This document shows positions 49,640-62,039 of a stretch of DNA of 64,000 bases, one piece after another (the first letter of the stretch is position 1; each line of letters opens with the position of its first letter). The position numbers and the translations under genes are program-made. This stretch comes from Octopus bimaculoides. Its lineage: Eukaryota. The stretch spans positions 22,882,914 through 22,946,913 of the forward strand of contig NC_068994.1 of the NCBI RefSeq assembly GCF_001194135.2, given 5' to 3'. The notes beneath the pieces are model-generated. The model was not told the DNA's origin. It did not search any database and saw only the letters and a program-made list of their open reading frames with translations.

Positions 49640-49900
49640 TTTCTAACGTGTAAATGTTGAGATGATTATGTCAATATAATCATCCCTATCAGCATCAAAT
49701 CTTGTTCAGGCTTCACGGCCATGTCTTTATCAAATACATCTGGGAGCTTAAGGATACAAATGTTAATTACAGATTAAATAGGAAAACAACTACCAAGGCA
49801 AAATCCTATTCAGGTACCCATGATTTCTGCAGTTTATGCATCACTGAGACTTATACTATCTTTCCTACTGGGAACTCCCTTTTGATTTCTATTATTAACT
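49640..49900 (+). mobile_element. Penelope-like GIY-YIG 3' fragment
   Basis: SLSKYIWELKDTNVNYRL...KAKSYSGTHDFCSLCITE matches the PLE endonuclease C-terminal motif. Confidence 0.7.
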
Positions 49901-50019
49901 ATTGTATTTCACCATATTTCAGTTCTTCTACCATTATCTCTCTTTAATTCTATCTCCCAGCATTTGTATTTATTGCTCAATCAAGCACAACTTGCTCAGT
50001 ATATATGTATATGTGTGTG

Positions 50020-50057
<38 letters not shown>

Positions 50058-50067
50058 CATCATTTTT

Positions 50068-50425
50068 CTTTTATTCATTTTAGTCATTGGACAGTGGCCA
50101 TGAAGGAGCATTGCTTAGTAGGATTTTTAGTTGAACGAATTGGCACCAGTACTTTTTCTTTTTAAGCCTGGTACTTTTTTTATTGGTCTCTTTTACTGAA
50201 CTGCTAAGTTATGTGGACATAAGCACACCAACACGAGTTGTCAAGTGGTGGTGGGGGACAAACATAGACATAAACACACACACCCATATATGATGAGCTT
50301 CTTTCACTTTCCATCTACCAGATTCACTCAAAGGACTTTGGTTGGCCCAAGGCTAAAGTTGAAGTCACTTACCCAAAGTGCCAGTTGTGGAACTGAACCC
50401 GGAACCGTGTGGTTGAGAAGCAACT
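50068..50425 (-). mobile_element. SINE family B
   Basis: TTTAGTCATTGGACAGTGGCCATG...GGAACTGAACCCGGAACCGTGTGG. Confidence 0.8.
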
Positions 50426-50429
50426 CTCA

Positions 50430-50690
50430 GATGATAGAAAAGTGATGGGTGTTAGGGGATGAAATGTCAGGGGAAACATTGACAGGGCAGAGGGAATGGT
50501 ATTGAGGCTGGGATAGACCCCCTCATGGACAAGCCTTACCAAGGTGGCTTTAGGATATCATTTCTGTTGTGGCAGATGGGTCTTCTTGAGTACAGTAAGG
50601 TGTCAGATATCTTGGTCTTTTGTTATCTTCATAAGGCTCAGCATTTTGAGATCAGCCTTCAATACTTCATTCCATGTCTTTCAGGGTTTC
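50430..50690 (-). mobile_element. RTE LINE 3' fragment
   Basis: Minus translation KTWNEVLKADLKMLSL. Confidence 0.65.
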
Positions 50691-50808
50691 CCTCTTCAAC
50701 AGGCAGCTTTACACGCTAGAAGAAGCAGTCAAAGCGACCAAAACCACATTTAAGAGCAATTTCGAAGGGAATGCAAAATAAAAACTTTTACCTTGTTATT
50801 TTTTTACG

Positions 50809-50864
50809 GTCATACCTAGGTTTCCAAATAAAATAATTTGCTAGGCGAAATTCTCATCAGTGAC
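50809..50864 (-). ncRNA. Minimal type-I hammerhead ribozyme (left arm)
   Basis: Minus strand GTCA-CTGATGA-GAATTTCGCCTAGCAAATTATTTTATTTG-GAAA-C-CTAG-G-TA-TGAC; predicted cleavage between 50813 and 50812; stem II closure imperfect. Confidence 0.7.
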
Positions 50865-50984
50865 TGCGCCATAACACTAACATATAATTAAGAGACAAAT
50901 AAGACGTGTCTCATCGTTATACATTATAATTTTTCAAATTCACCGCGCAAGTGCAGTTTAATTATATGTTAGTGTTATGGCATG

Positions 50985-51052
50985 GTCACTGATGAGAATT
51001 TTGCCTAGCAAAATATTTCATTTGCTGAAAAAATTTGAAACCTAGGTATGAC
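50985..51052 (+). ncRNA. Minimal type-I hammerhead ribozyme (right arm)
   Basis: GTCA-CTGATGA-GAATTTT...AAAATTT-GAAA-C-CTAG-G-TA-TGAC. Intact core, stem I GUCA/UGAC, 7-bp stem II, GUA cleavage triplet ending at 51048. Confidence 0.8.
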
Positions 51053-51639
51053 TGTAAAAAAATAACAAGGTAAAAGTTTTTATTTTTCATTCCCTTTGAA
51101 ATTGCTCTTAAATGTGGTTTTGATCGTTTTGACTCTTTCTTCTAGCATGTAAAGCTGCCTGTTGAAGGCAGCTTCTCTTGTGTTTAAATGTACACTATTT
51201 TATATTGAGAATATATTCTCTATTGACTTTTTATACATGCTAGGCCACTACTGGTAGCGAAATTTAAAAAAAAAAAAAGTTCAAAGAACTGAAATAAGTT
51301 TGAATTAGAAAGCCTTAGCTGTTATAGGAAATTATAGGAATGTAAACACATTTTTTTCTATGCTTTAAAGACATGACAAAAAGAGGCAGAAGACTCCTGA
51401 GGGACAGTTTCACAGTTTGTTGATTGTACCCTCTGGGGAAATACACCTGATTTCTTTCTCCCATTGATAGCATAGAATATTTAGCTATTATATAAAGAAA
51501 TCAGGAATTAAACTATTTCTATAGTAGAGAACTTGAGTAGAAATATATAAACATGCATATACATATACAAAAACTCTAACATTGTTAGATAGGGCTTTGA
51601 CAAATGCAGACATGACAATAGTGCAGTCATGACAATAGT

Positions 51640-51928
51640 GCAGGCATGGCAATTGGTACAGATATGGCCAGTGCCGCCTGACTGGCTCTCATACCAGTAG
51701 CATGTAAAAAGCACCATTTGAGTGTGGTCGATGCCAGTACCGCCTTACTAGCACCCGTGCTGGTGGCACATAAAAAGCACCCCCTACACTCTCAGAGTGG
51801 TTGGCGTTAGGAAGGGCATCCAGCTGTAGAAACCTTGCCGGCTCAGGGTTTCCTGGCTTGCCAGTCCTCGGTCAAACCATCCAACTCATACCAGCATGGA
51901 AAGCGGACGTTAAACGATGATGATGATG
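51640..51928 (+). mobile_element. RTE LINE 3' tail
   Basis: AAAAGCACC...GAGTGGTTGGCGTTAGGAAGGGCATCCAGCTGTAGAAAC...GGAAAGCGGACGTTAAACGATGATGATG. Confidence 0.85.
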
Positions 51929-53074
51929 GCAATAGGCAATAAATGATGGCATACCTTGGTACAAGTATGACTTATAACCCTGCATCTATATACCATACCT
52001 AAATATTACAATAATTACATTGGCAGTGGCTGTAATGCTAATTACAATTTGCATTATAGCAGCTGTCAATCTGATTAGTGCTGTTCTTACTACTTCATAA
52101 GGCAGTGAAATGGCAGGATTGAATCAGAAATCTTTATTAATACTGTTTATTGATCTTGCTCTTATGTTATGCTGGAAAATGTTTCTTGAGTTGAGAAAAG
52201 AATATTTTAGCTATAGATATTGCTATTTTTGTATTACATGGTGGATTGTACCAAATAATATGTCAAGACTTATTCCTTCTAATCCTATGTTTATAGCTAA
52301 TATAATACAGCTTCTCCATAAAACCATTAGGAGTCAATGCTGTCTTGTAATTAAATGTCTGCTATATAATAGATAATCTCAGAATATTTTTAAGCAATTT
52401 TTTTCATGTTGTCTAGATGGTTTGAAAATTTGTTGATATAATTTATGGGCTTATTTGGTTTTCTTTGGAGAGATTCAAGATCACAATAAAAAAAAAGTAT
52501 AGATTAAATTAAAAATGAAAAGGCAAACCATTTGGCATCACTTGAAAAGACATTTAATTTAGATAGAAAATATAGATATACAAAAATATATATATAAATT
52601 TCCTTATGTATTGTTCAGATAAAAAGTTTTGAAGAAGCCAATTAAGGCCTTCCAGAATGTATTCATAGCCTACAAATTGCAATTAATCATGGCCAAGAAA
52701 CCATTATCCCTTTGCAAACCCCTTCCTATATGAGAGAATTCATCTCTAAATTGTAAAAGAACAAGTAGGCCATAGGAAATTATTTACTTATGAAATCTTT
52801 ACTTGTGCTTCAGTGATAATCACAAACTAATTATGAGAAATACTGGCCCCATTAAGTGGTGAGTATTTATAGTTGTTTGGTAGTTTCTGAGAATTACACT
52901 GTTCATAGATTGTAGAGAGTCTATCTGGTTTAAAATCAAAGTTTCTTAAAGAAGAGGAGAGAAACTGTAAATGAAAATCCTTAAAACATATTAGCTGATT
53001 AGTAAATCAAGATGACATGATAGCTGTAGTAAGCTTAAACAACTAAAAAAGCAGACATAAACCTACTTACACAC

Positions 53075-53420
53075 TCATCATCATCATTATCAACATCATT
53101 GTTGGTTTAGCATCCACTTTTCCAAGCTTATCAGATAGAATTTGTTGGGGAAATATTTCTTTAGCTGGATGCTCTTCTTGTTGCCAACCCTCATCTGTTT
53201 CCAAGTAAGGTAATATTTCCCAATAGTTGGACATATTTGCATAAATGTTTGGAAATGAAGGACACTGTCTGTATAACAATAACATTCCTTTACACACACA
53301 TATATATGGCAGGTTTCTTTCAGTTTCCATCAACCAAATCCACTCATAAGGCTTTGGGTGATCCAAGGCTGTACTGGAAGACACTTGCCCAAAGTACCAC
53401 ACAGTGAGTCTGAACCCAAA
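53075..53420 (-). mobile_element. Composite SINE family E
   Basis: Reverse of the 33148-33570 type: B head plus RTE-like tail. Confidence 0.75.
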
Positions 53421-53424
53421 TCCA

Positions 53425-54613
53425 AGTTGGGTATTTGAGGATATTTAATTTTCAGTATAAACTCCCAAAGTTTTTATTTCTTTCAGATCTCCTATCGTAG
53501 ATAAAAAAAAAAACTAACATAAGAAATGAAAAAACATGCAGTGATTTAGAAATTGCAAAGTTTTTAAATGTTACGAGATCTTTTGTTTGTAAAGTTTGGA
53601 TAGAATTGGAAGTCTCTGGCAAGAACATTTCAACTGTGTCAAAGAAAAGAAACATTCTAAATGTTTGGACACTGTAAGAACATCACAATTTATCCAATGG
53701 GTTGAAAACATTATGAGTGATGATCCCAGAACATCATTGAGGGCCATCATCAAAGAACTTCAGATATTGGAGTGGACTATGAGAACTGTGGTGCATGAGG
53801 ACATTAAATACAAGTTGTATGTACTGAGGAGGGGCCAATTCATATATGCAAAGACACAAGAAAACCATCTGATCCATGCCTAGTGGTTGCTTAAAAAGGT
53901 CAAAAATCCTCATGAACATGGCATGCTTTGGTTCTTCTCTGATGTGAAAAACTTTGACCAAAACCAAAAGTTCAAGAGGAGAAATAACAGATGGTTTTAT
54001 ACAGATCCTTCTGATGTACTCAGCATGATACACACTAAATTTCTAATAACTGTAATGGTTTTAGGTATGGTGTGCAATAAAGGTCATATCATGCCACTTC
54101 ATATCTTTCCACAGGATGCTGAAGTGCTGGAGATAGTTGTTAAGCCCTAGATGGATGAAATATGCTGTGGAAAACCATATGTGTTTCAGTGAGACTCAGC
54201 GCCATTGCAGAAAGCCCATGTAACCCAAGAATGGCTGACCAACAATTTTTACAATCATGAAACACCAAATTCATGACCTACAAACTCACCCAATTTAAAT
54301 CTCTTCTATGTTTGAAGCATTGTTGAAAGGGATATTAATTGACATCCTCACAATATCTTGGCCTTTCTTGAAGGCTGCCATTGTCCGGGTGATGTTCAAA
54401 ATGAATAAGGCCCATTTAATGCAGATATGTCAACAATTCTGCTCCCACATTGATTTAGTCATTAAAGATGAAGGTGGATTCAGAGAATAATCTCGTTGAA
54501 AAGATTATTCAGAACATGTGTACAAATTTTTATTAAGGCACATTTGGTTTTTGTTAGATTATAGTTGTTTTATTAAATTAACAAATATCTTCTCAAATAC
54601 TGTTCACACCCTG
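53425..54613 (+). mobile_element. Decayed maT/DD37D-like transposon
   Basis: WFFSDVKNFDQNQKFKRRNNRW, VMVLGMVCNKGHIMPLHIFP, YVFQ*DSAP, PNLN; right TIR AAATACTGTTCACACCCTG|TA. Confidence 0.8.
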
Positions 54614-54653
<40 letters not shown>

Positions 54654-55224
54654 TATATATANNNNNNNNNNNNNNNNNNNNNNNNNNNNNNNNNNNNNNN
54701 NNNNNNNNNNNNNNNNNNNNNNNNNNNNNNNNNNNNNNNNNNNNNNNNNNNNNNNNNNNNNNNNNNNNNNNNNNNNNNNNNNNNNNNNNNNNNNNNNNNN
54801 NNNNNNNNNNNNNNNNNNNNNNNNNNNNNNNNNNNNNNNNNNNNNNNNNNNNNNNNNNNNNNNNNNAAATATACCCATACATTATATTGTCTTTGAGCTT
54901 TTGTAGTTCAATAGTAGTTCATGTATAAACTGGTAGGAAAAATAAGGATGCATGAGAGTTGAGAGTTTTGTTAGGTTTAAAAAAAGGGTTAAAAGTTTGT
55001 GTTAAGCAGGAAATGTGGTGTCAAAACAGGAAATGTGTGTAAGGGGAGACAAGTGTTTTTAGTTGGAGTTATGAAAACCAGTTAGAAGAAATCTTTATTA
55101 AAATATGCTTCCAGTTTAGCATTCTGGCTTTTTTTCATTTTCCTATTATTTCTCCACGTGCGGTTAACACAACGCCACTATTTACTGACTTATATATATA
55201 TATATATATACATATTGTCAGTCT

Positions 55225-56268
55225 GTAAGGAATGAAGCCAGTATGCTCCGCTGGATGTGTAATGTCAGTGTCCATACTCGACAGAGTGTAAGTACCTTGA
55301 GAGAAAAGTTGGACATAAGAAGCATTGGATGTGGTGTGCAAGAGAGACGACTGCGCTGGTATGGTCATGTGGTGAGAATGGATGAGGATAGCTGTGTGAA
55401 AAAGTGCCACACCCTAGCAGTTGAGGGAACCTGTGGAAGAGGTAGACCCAGGAAGATCTAGGATGAAGTGGTAAAGCACGACCTTCGAACATTAGGCCTC
55501 ACTGAGGCAATGACTTGTGACCAAGGCCTTTGGAAATAGTTAGTGCGTGAGAAGACCCGGCAAGCCAAGTGAGACCATAATCCAAGGCCTCTGCCAGGGA
55601 TGTAGCCAGCCCACTTATGCATACCTTTCCGTCATTGGACACTAAACTCTGTTTGCAAAGACCTGTTGAGGCATATGAAATCGATCCAAATTCGATGATT
55701 TGCACCCATGGCAACCTCTCCTTCATTGGACACTAAACTCGGCTTGCGAAGACCTGTTGAGGCAAGCGAAATTGAAATCGTGATTGAACCAAATTCGATG
55801 ACTGGCACCTGTGCCAGTAAATCACTAAGAGCACTGTCCAAGCTTGATCATTGCCAGAACAGCTGTCTGGCTTCCGTGCCAAGTGGCCTGTAAATAGCAC
55901 CATTTTAGTGTGATCATTACCAGCGTCGCCTTACTGGCACTTGTGCCAGTGGCACGTGACAAAACATTCGAGCGAGGTCGTTGCCAGTGCCGCTGGACTG
56001 GTTCCTGTGCAGGTGGCATGTAAAAAACACTATTTTGAATGTGGCCATTGCCAGTACCGCCTGACTGGCCCTCGTACCAGTGGCATGTAAAAGCACCCAC
56101 TATACTCTCGGAGTGATTGGTGTTAGGAAGGGCATCCAGCTGTAAAAACTCTGCCAGATCAGATTGGAGCCTGGTGCAGCCTTCTGGTTCACCAGTCCTC
56201 AGTCAAATCATCCAACCCATGCTAGCATGAAAGGCGGACATTAAATGATGGTGATGATGATGATGATA
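55225..56268 (+). mobile_element. RTE LINE 3' end with complete 3' UTR
   Basis: NEASMLRWMCNVS...ERRLRWYGHVVRM...GRGRPRK; UTR with a ~95-bp tandem duplication; (GAT)n tail. Confidence 0.9.
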
Positions 56269-56656
56269 TATATACATACACACAAAATTGTGCTAAGAGA
56301 AATAATTTAGAGTGGCCAGTGGCAGGTATTTGAACAACATACAAATACAGACATATCAAATACCATATAACATAGCATAAATTCTTGATTTATTAAAATT
56401 ATCTTTACCTCTAGAGGATGTATTATAATTATCAAATGGCAATTAAGATCAGCCTAGAACCGCACATAAACAAAAAACTAACACATATATCCAAATATAT
56501 TTACATACATCCACACATATACGTACAGGTACACACACATATGTTTACAAACACTAAATGCATATACATATAAATAATCACATACGCACACATATATAAT
56601 GCATTTACACCTACATATATATAAATCTTACAAAAATCCACTATATTTTAAAGACC

Positions 56657-57160
56657 TTGTAGTGACATCAATTTCTATTGTGACAGAGTGTTGTCGACTA
56701 GCCTTTTTAGGCTCCACATGTTAATCTTTAATGATTGGTCATTTGACCAATCATATGAGCTTGGAACATTTGGTTGAGTCTTGTATTTTGATGGGTTGAA
56801 TATTGTGTGGGATATGGATCTTGGATCCAATCACCTTGTGCATAATACATACTAAAACAATTAACCTAGACCATTGTTGGAGCCCAAGTCAGTCTATATA
56901 TTGGGTTAACAAAACCCCTGTAGACAGCGAGGTGAGAGGATTCCAGGAGGATGAGTCATGATATTTCCCTGCTGTTATAATGAAGCACTTGTAACCAATG
57001 ACAGCCAGAGCAGAATTATCCAAATGATGGATGAACTATGCAACCACCAGAATCTGTGATGTATTTATTTTGTCTACTGTATAATTCATCAGAAGAATAA
57101 AATCTTGCTGTTATTTTAAAGTTTGTTTCTTGTATTATTTCCATGAGTGAACACACAACA
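56657..57160 (+). other. Possible solo-LTR-like/promoter cassette
   Basis: Starts TGT; palindromic double CCAAT box (56731-56754), TATA-like CTATATA and AATAAA near 57097. No PBS, PPT or TSD seen. Confidence 0.25.
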
Positions 57161-57289
57161 TATGTTATATAATGGTATGCAAAAGAAACTTTATAACCAA
57201 CACAGTTAAAACTTAATTAGATTTGAAAACAACCTCATGAAATTAGTAAAAAATGTCAAATTCAACTACAGATTCAACTATTTCCAATA

Positions 57290-59500
57290 CAAACTACAAA
57301 TATTCCTTGAACCTTTTATAAAAAAATCACCAAACACATATAAGAGCAGAGAAAACAAAAAATGTTTATGAAGTTGACAACCACACACATAAACTACTAG
57401 TTAGTAACCCTACCACTTATAATTCAATCAATGTGGAAACAAAAAAAACTAGCAATGAAACTTAAAATTGTGCAATGGCTCACTCTATGAAAACCTTTTG
57501 TAACCCTGAAAATCCACAAAGACAATTTTATGTAAAACCTTAGCTGTAGATTGATAAATCTCACAAAAAGTGAAAAGGGTATCATTAGCAAATCCATATT
57601 AGACAACATCATACAACACATCAGAGACTCCTCAAACCTTATTCAATGGATATGTAGCAGCACAACTATTGAATTGTAAAGGGAAACTGAAAATATGCCC
57701 AAATGAAAATTCATTCAGTTTGACATCATGGAGTTTTACACTTCTGTCTCCTAAAATCTGCTTCAGAAAGCATTTGAGTTTTGTAAAGCATTTGTAAACA
57801 TAACCTATACCAATATAAATATAATAACAAATGCAAAGAAGTCATTACTTTTTCATGATAATTTCTATTGGATGAAAAAGAATGGGAACAAGCTGTTTGA
57901 TGTCACAATGGGGAGCTATGATGGTGCAGAGATAGCAGATCTGGTTGGCCTTTCTATTCTAGATGTTCTTAACAAAGAGATAAAGTAGCTGATATAGGGC
58001 TATATAGGAACAATGAACGTGGAGTGGTCCATAACAAAATGGATATGATATGGATAAGAAAAAGAAAAGATTATGCAAAATATTTAGCCAACTGAATCTT
58101 AGGATTACAATTAACACTAACCTTAAAGAAGATAATTTCCCAGACATTAACATGACCCTTCATACAGGCAAATTGAAAACCTACCGTAAACCAAAGGAGG
58201 ATATCTTACACATTGACATAGGTTCCAACCACTCACTATCAATCATAAAATAGGTGTGTTTCCAACCTACCTTCTAATAATGCTACTTTTGAAAATGCTG
58301 CCCATGCTATAACACTGCATTAAAAAGGTCCAACTTCAAGAGTAGCATAATTCATATTGAACCAAATGTAGATAGACAAAGAAGACATAGGTAGAGGAAA
58401 ATCTTATGGTACAACCCCCAAATAGTAAGAATGTAGCCACTAACATCGCTAGAAAATTCCTAAAACTCATAGATACCACTTCCCACACTCACATAAATAC
58501 CACAAGATCTTCAATAGAAATACAGTTAAAGTCAATTATAGTTGCTTACCCAATATAGGGTTGATTATATTCCACCTCGGTAAAAATAACAATATTACAA
58601 ATATCCCTCAAAGATCAGTGCTCTCTCTCTTCAGGTATATATATATATATATATATATATGTTGAGCCTCACAGAGGCAATGGCAATGTACTGTGCTTGA
58701 AAGGACCTGACAAGCCAAGTGTACTCGTGCTGGTGGCACGTAAAGAACACTTTTCGAGCATTGGGCCTCACGGAAGCAAAGTGGCTAAGTTCCTTTCGAC
58801 TGTTGGGCCTCACAGAGGCAGTGACCGAGACCTTTGGCATTATGTCATGCTTGAGAAGAAGACCCATCAAGCCAAGCAAAATCACAGTCATGGCAGATAC
58901 TGGTGTCTTGCAAATTGGCATCTATGCTAATGGCACGTAAAAACACCCTGGTGTCTTGCAAATGGCACCCATGCCGGTGGCATGTAAAGGCACCCATTAT
59001 ACTCTCAGAGTGGTTGGCTTTAGGAAGGGCATCTAGCCACAAAAAAACCATGCCAAATCAGACTGGAGTCTGGTGCAGCCTTCCAGCATGCTAGCCCAGT
59101 CAAACTGTCCAACCCATGCCAGCATGAACAATGGACGTTAAATGATGATGATGATGATGATGATGACGATCCTGTAATTGTAGATCTCTGGATAGCTGTC
59201 TCCTAAGCAATAGGTGTCTGCAAAAAGAACTAGTGAACAAGGCCAACATCATGGATACCAATGGAATAATAAAATATTGAAATTATGGAAAACACCTTCA
59301 AAGAGAGATATACACAGCATTTGGCTTCATTCAGAGATAAAAACAAAAAACACAACATCCCCATCCAACATGGTGTGGACACTGAAAGAGAGGAGCGAGA
59401 ACAACTCCCAAATAACCTGGAGCAAATAAAGGGGATGGGGTAGCAAATGTTAGCTTTGCATCACCAAAAGATTAAACATTATAACTTCAAAAGTGAATGT
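57290..59500 (+). mobile_element. Decayed Penelope-like element, RT plus C-terminal GIY-YIG, split by an RTE tail insertion (~58630-59170)
   Basis: [63 protein letters not shown]; after the insertion SCNCRSLDSCLLSNRCL and ENTFKERYTQHLASF...VWTLKE...ITWSK. Confidence 0.85.
58660..59170 (+). mobile_element. RTE LINE 3' tail with internal repeats
   Basis: GGCCTCACAGAGGCA repeats; GAGTGGTTGGC.TTAGGAAGGGCATC; (GAT)n end. Confidence 0.8.
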
Positions 59501-60514
59501 TTCAAATATTAGGGATGAAACCTTCTATCCCTGCATGCATAAGTAACATTTCACACTTTGAAATTTCAAGCAGGATCCTGTCATCTGCATTGCTACCATT
59601 CCAATCTGGATAAGATTTTTTCTCTGAACATGAATTAGATGCATTATATGAACATTATGCATAAAAGACATATTCCCTCTGTCAATTAATGCCACATAGA
59701 TATATGTGCATCTCACATATCCATGACATCACATGATAGACACAAACGTATGAATTCACAACCCTGTGAGTTGTCAAAATATTTGAAAAAATATGTGAAA
59801 CTCCTTAATTATGAGCACACACTCAAACATGGATAAAATGCATAATGCAGATGGAGACATGTGTATGTGTGTGTTTGTGTGTATGTATTTGTATATATGT
59901 GTATATTTATGTGTAACATGTGTAATATGTGTATGTATATTTATGTGTGTGTGTATGTACATATGTGTACATATATGCATATGTATATGACGCTGCATTA
60001 TTCACTGAATGAATACATACAAAAATTTATAAATCCCATGCATCAAGTTTGATGATAAAAGATGTGAAAAGTTGTGAAACTATGCAATCATGTGTACATA
60101 TGTGCAAATATGAACAATTATGTACATATCCTCAAAATGCATAACACAGATGTCGTTGTATGAGCCAGTGTGTGTATGTGTGTGTGTGTGTGTATGTGTG
60201 TGTGTGTATGTGTGTGTGTATGAGTGTGTGTGCACATATGCATGGATATTCATGTGCATACACGTGTATATTTACAAAATTGAATTAATGAGAGGGAGAT
60301 AATAATTGAGAGTTGTTTCCCTTGATCTGTATATTTATTTGATTACTTCAAAATCTCATATGCTCTCGTGTAACTTTGTTGTTTTCATCCAAGATGGAGA
60401 TGAGCACCAACGTTCTATGTGGCAGGATTGATAATTACTGAAACGTCACTTCCTATGAAACCAATGGTAGCTTTGTTAACCCACAAATAAAGTACATACA
60501 TATGTATGGCACCT

Positions 60515-60880
60515 TGGGCTAGTGTCTTCTAATATAGCCTCTGGCCAACCAAAGCCTTGTGAGTGGATTTGGTAGACGGAAACTGAAAGAAACCTGTTGT
60601 ATATACATATGTGTGTGTGTGTGTGTCTGTGCTTGTCCTCCCACCATCACTTGACAACCAATGTTGGTGTGTTTATGTCCCTGTAACTCAGCAGTTTGGC
60701 AAAAGAGACCGATAGAATAAGTACTTGGCTTACAAGGAATAAGTCCTGGGGTTGATTNNNNNNNNNNATAGAATAAGTACTTGGCTTACAAGGAATAAGT
60801 CCTGGGGTTGATTTGTTTGACTAAAGGTGGTGCTCCAGCATGGCCACAGTTAAATGACTGGAAACAAGTAAAAGAATAAC
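60515..60880 (+). mobile_element. SINE family B (contains a 10-N gap with duplicated flanks)
   Basis: GGCACCTTGGGCTAGTGTCTTC...GACTGGAAACAAGTAAAAGA. Confidence 0.85.
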
Positions 60881-60897
60881 AGAATATACATATGTAT

Positions 60898-60898
<1 letters not shown>

Positions 60899-60930
<32 letters not shown>

Positions 60931-61094
60931 GTTTAACGTCCGCTTTCCATGCTAGCATGGGTTGGACGATTTGACTGAAGACTGGTGAAACCGGATGGCA
61001 ACACCAGGCTCCAGTCTGATTTGGCAGAGTTTCTACAGCTGGATGCCCTTCCTAACGCCAACCACTCAGAGAGTGTAGTGGGTGCTTTTACATG
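60899..61094 (-). mobile_element. Young RTE-type 3' tail
   Basis: (CAT)nCGTTTAACGTCCGCTTTCCATGCTAGCATGGGTTGG...; 3 differences over ~195 nt from the 63779-64000 copy. Confidence 0.9.
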
Positions 61095-61385
61095 TCACCC
61101 GCACGAAAACGGCCNNNNNNNNNNNNNNNNNNNNNNNNNNNNNNNNNNNNNNNNNNNNNNNNNNNNNNNNNNNNNNNNNNNNNNNNNNNNNNNNNNNNNN
61201 NNNNNNNNNNNNNNNNNNNNNNNNNNNNNNNNNNNNNNNNNNNNNNNNNNNNNNNNNNNNNNNNNNNNNNNNNNNNNNNNNNNNNNNNNNNNNNNNNNNN
61301 NNNNNNNGAATAAAAAATTTATGTAATGTTTCTGGTTTTAGACATTAGAGAGGTACATGGTCAGACTTGCATCAATGGTGTGCTT

Positions 61386-61417
<32 letters not shown>

Positions 61418-61554
61418 GTCATGATATCCAGAAGACCCAAAATGGCAGGTATGGCTATGTAAGTGGTACGGAAGGACTGTAGTTAGACTCCCAGTTTGAT
61501 AATAGTATGAGTGAGGAGTCTAATGCGGGTCACGTGTGAGCATGTATATGCTAA

Positions 61555-61860
61555 ATAAAATGAGACAATAAAGCCAAGGCAGTGTGAAATTTTTAGGACA
61601 TTTATAAAGAGAAAGGTAGTCTTACAGCTGTTTCAGGGATATGAGGGATATCCCTTCATCAAAGATGTGAGAGAGTTAAATAGAGTGAAATAGTAGAGTT
61701 CAATATAAGAAGTTATTTTCGAGAGGGAGTATATAGGAAGTATAAAGGGTAATAAGAGAATAAAAATAGAAATATATGTTGGATGTTACAGCTGCATATC
61801 CATTATCCAAGGAAAGTGCAGTGTAGAATGGGTAGAAAGGCTTCTTGTCCATGGTATGTA
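61555..61860 (-). mobile_element. HHR-B element copy (left arm of a head-to-head pair)
   Basis: Reverse complement aligns with 62625-62905. Confidence 0.8.
61619..61666 (-). ncRNA. Minimal hammerhead motif, family HHR-B (C3>U)
   Basis: ATCT-TTGATGA-AGGGATAT-ccctc-ATATCCCT-GAAA-C-AGCT-G-TA-AGAC; perfect 8-bp stem II. Confidence 0.65.
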
Positions 61861-62039
61861 AATTCCAATAGGAGTTCACCATATAGTACATATACCGAAC
61901 ACCCCTTAGGTAATCTCCAACAACCTAATTTGACTTTCCAATGTCTTAATTTTTTAACTTTCCAATAATACATAGAAATATTATATATTATATATTTATA
62001 TATATGCATATGCATATATACATGTATGCATATCTGTAT

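Larger units (their letters stand above)
50694..51167. mobile_element. 474-bp foldback element (~200-bp arms, 66-nt spacer) with one hammerhead per arm
   Basis: 50694-50891 is the imperfect reverse complement of 50958-51167. Confidence 0.9.

Noticed and set aside
60708-60806. ~46-bp direct repeat either side of a 10-N gap
   Set aside because: Typical scaffolding overlap artefact within one SINE.
609-60880. tRNA genes
   Set aside because: All A/B-box hits are SINE heads without a cloverleaf, followed by SINE bodies.
6666-61348. Many ORF-track entries containing X runs or IYIY/CVCV/THTH repeats
   Set aside because: They are read-through of N gaps and dinucleotide microsatellites, not genes.
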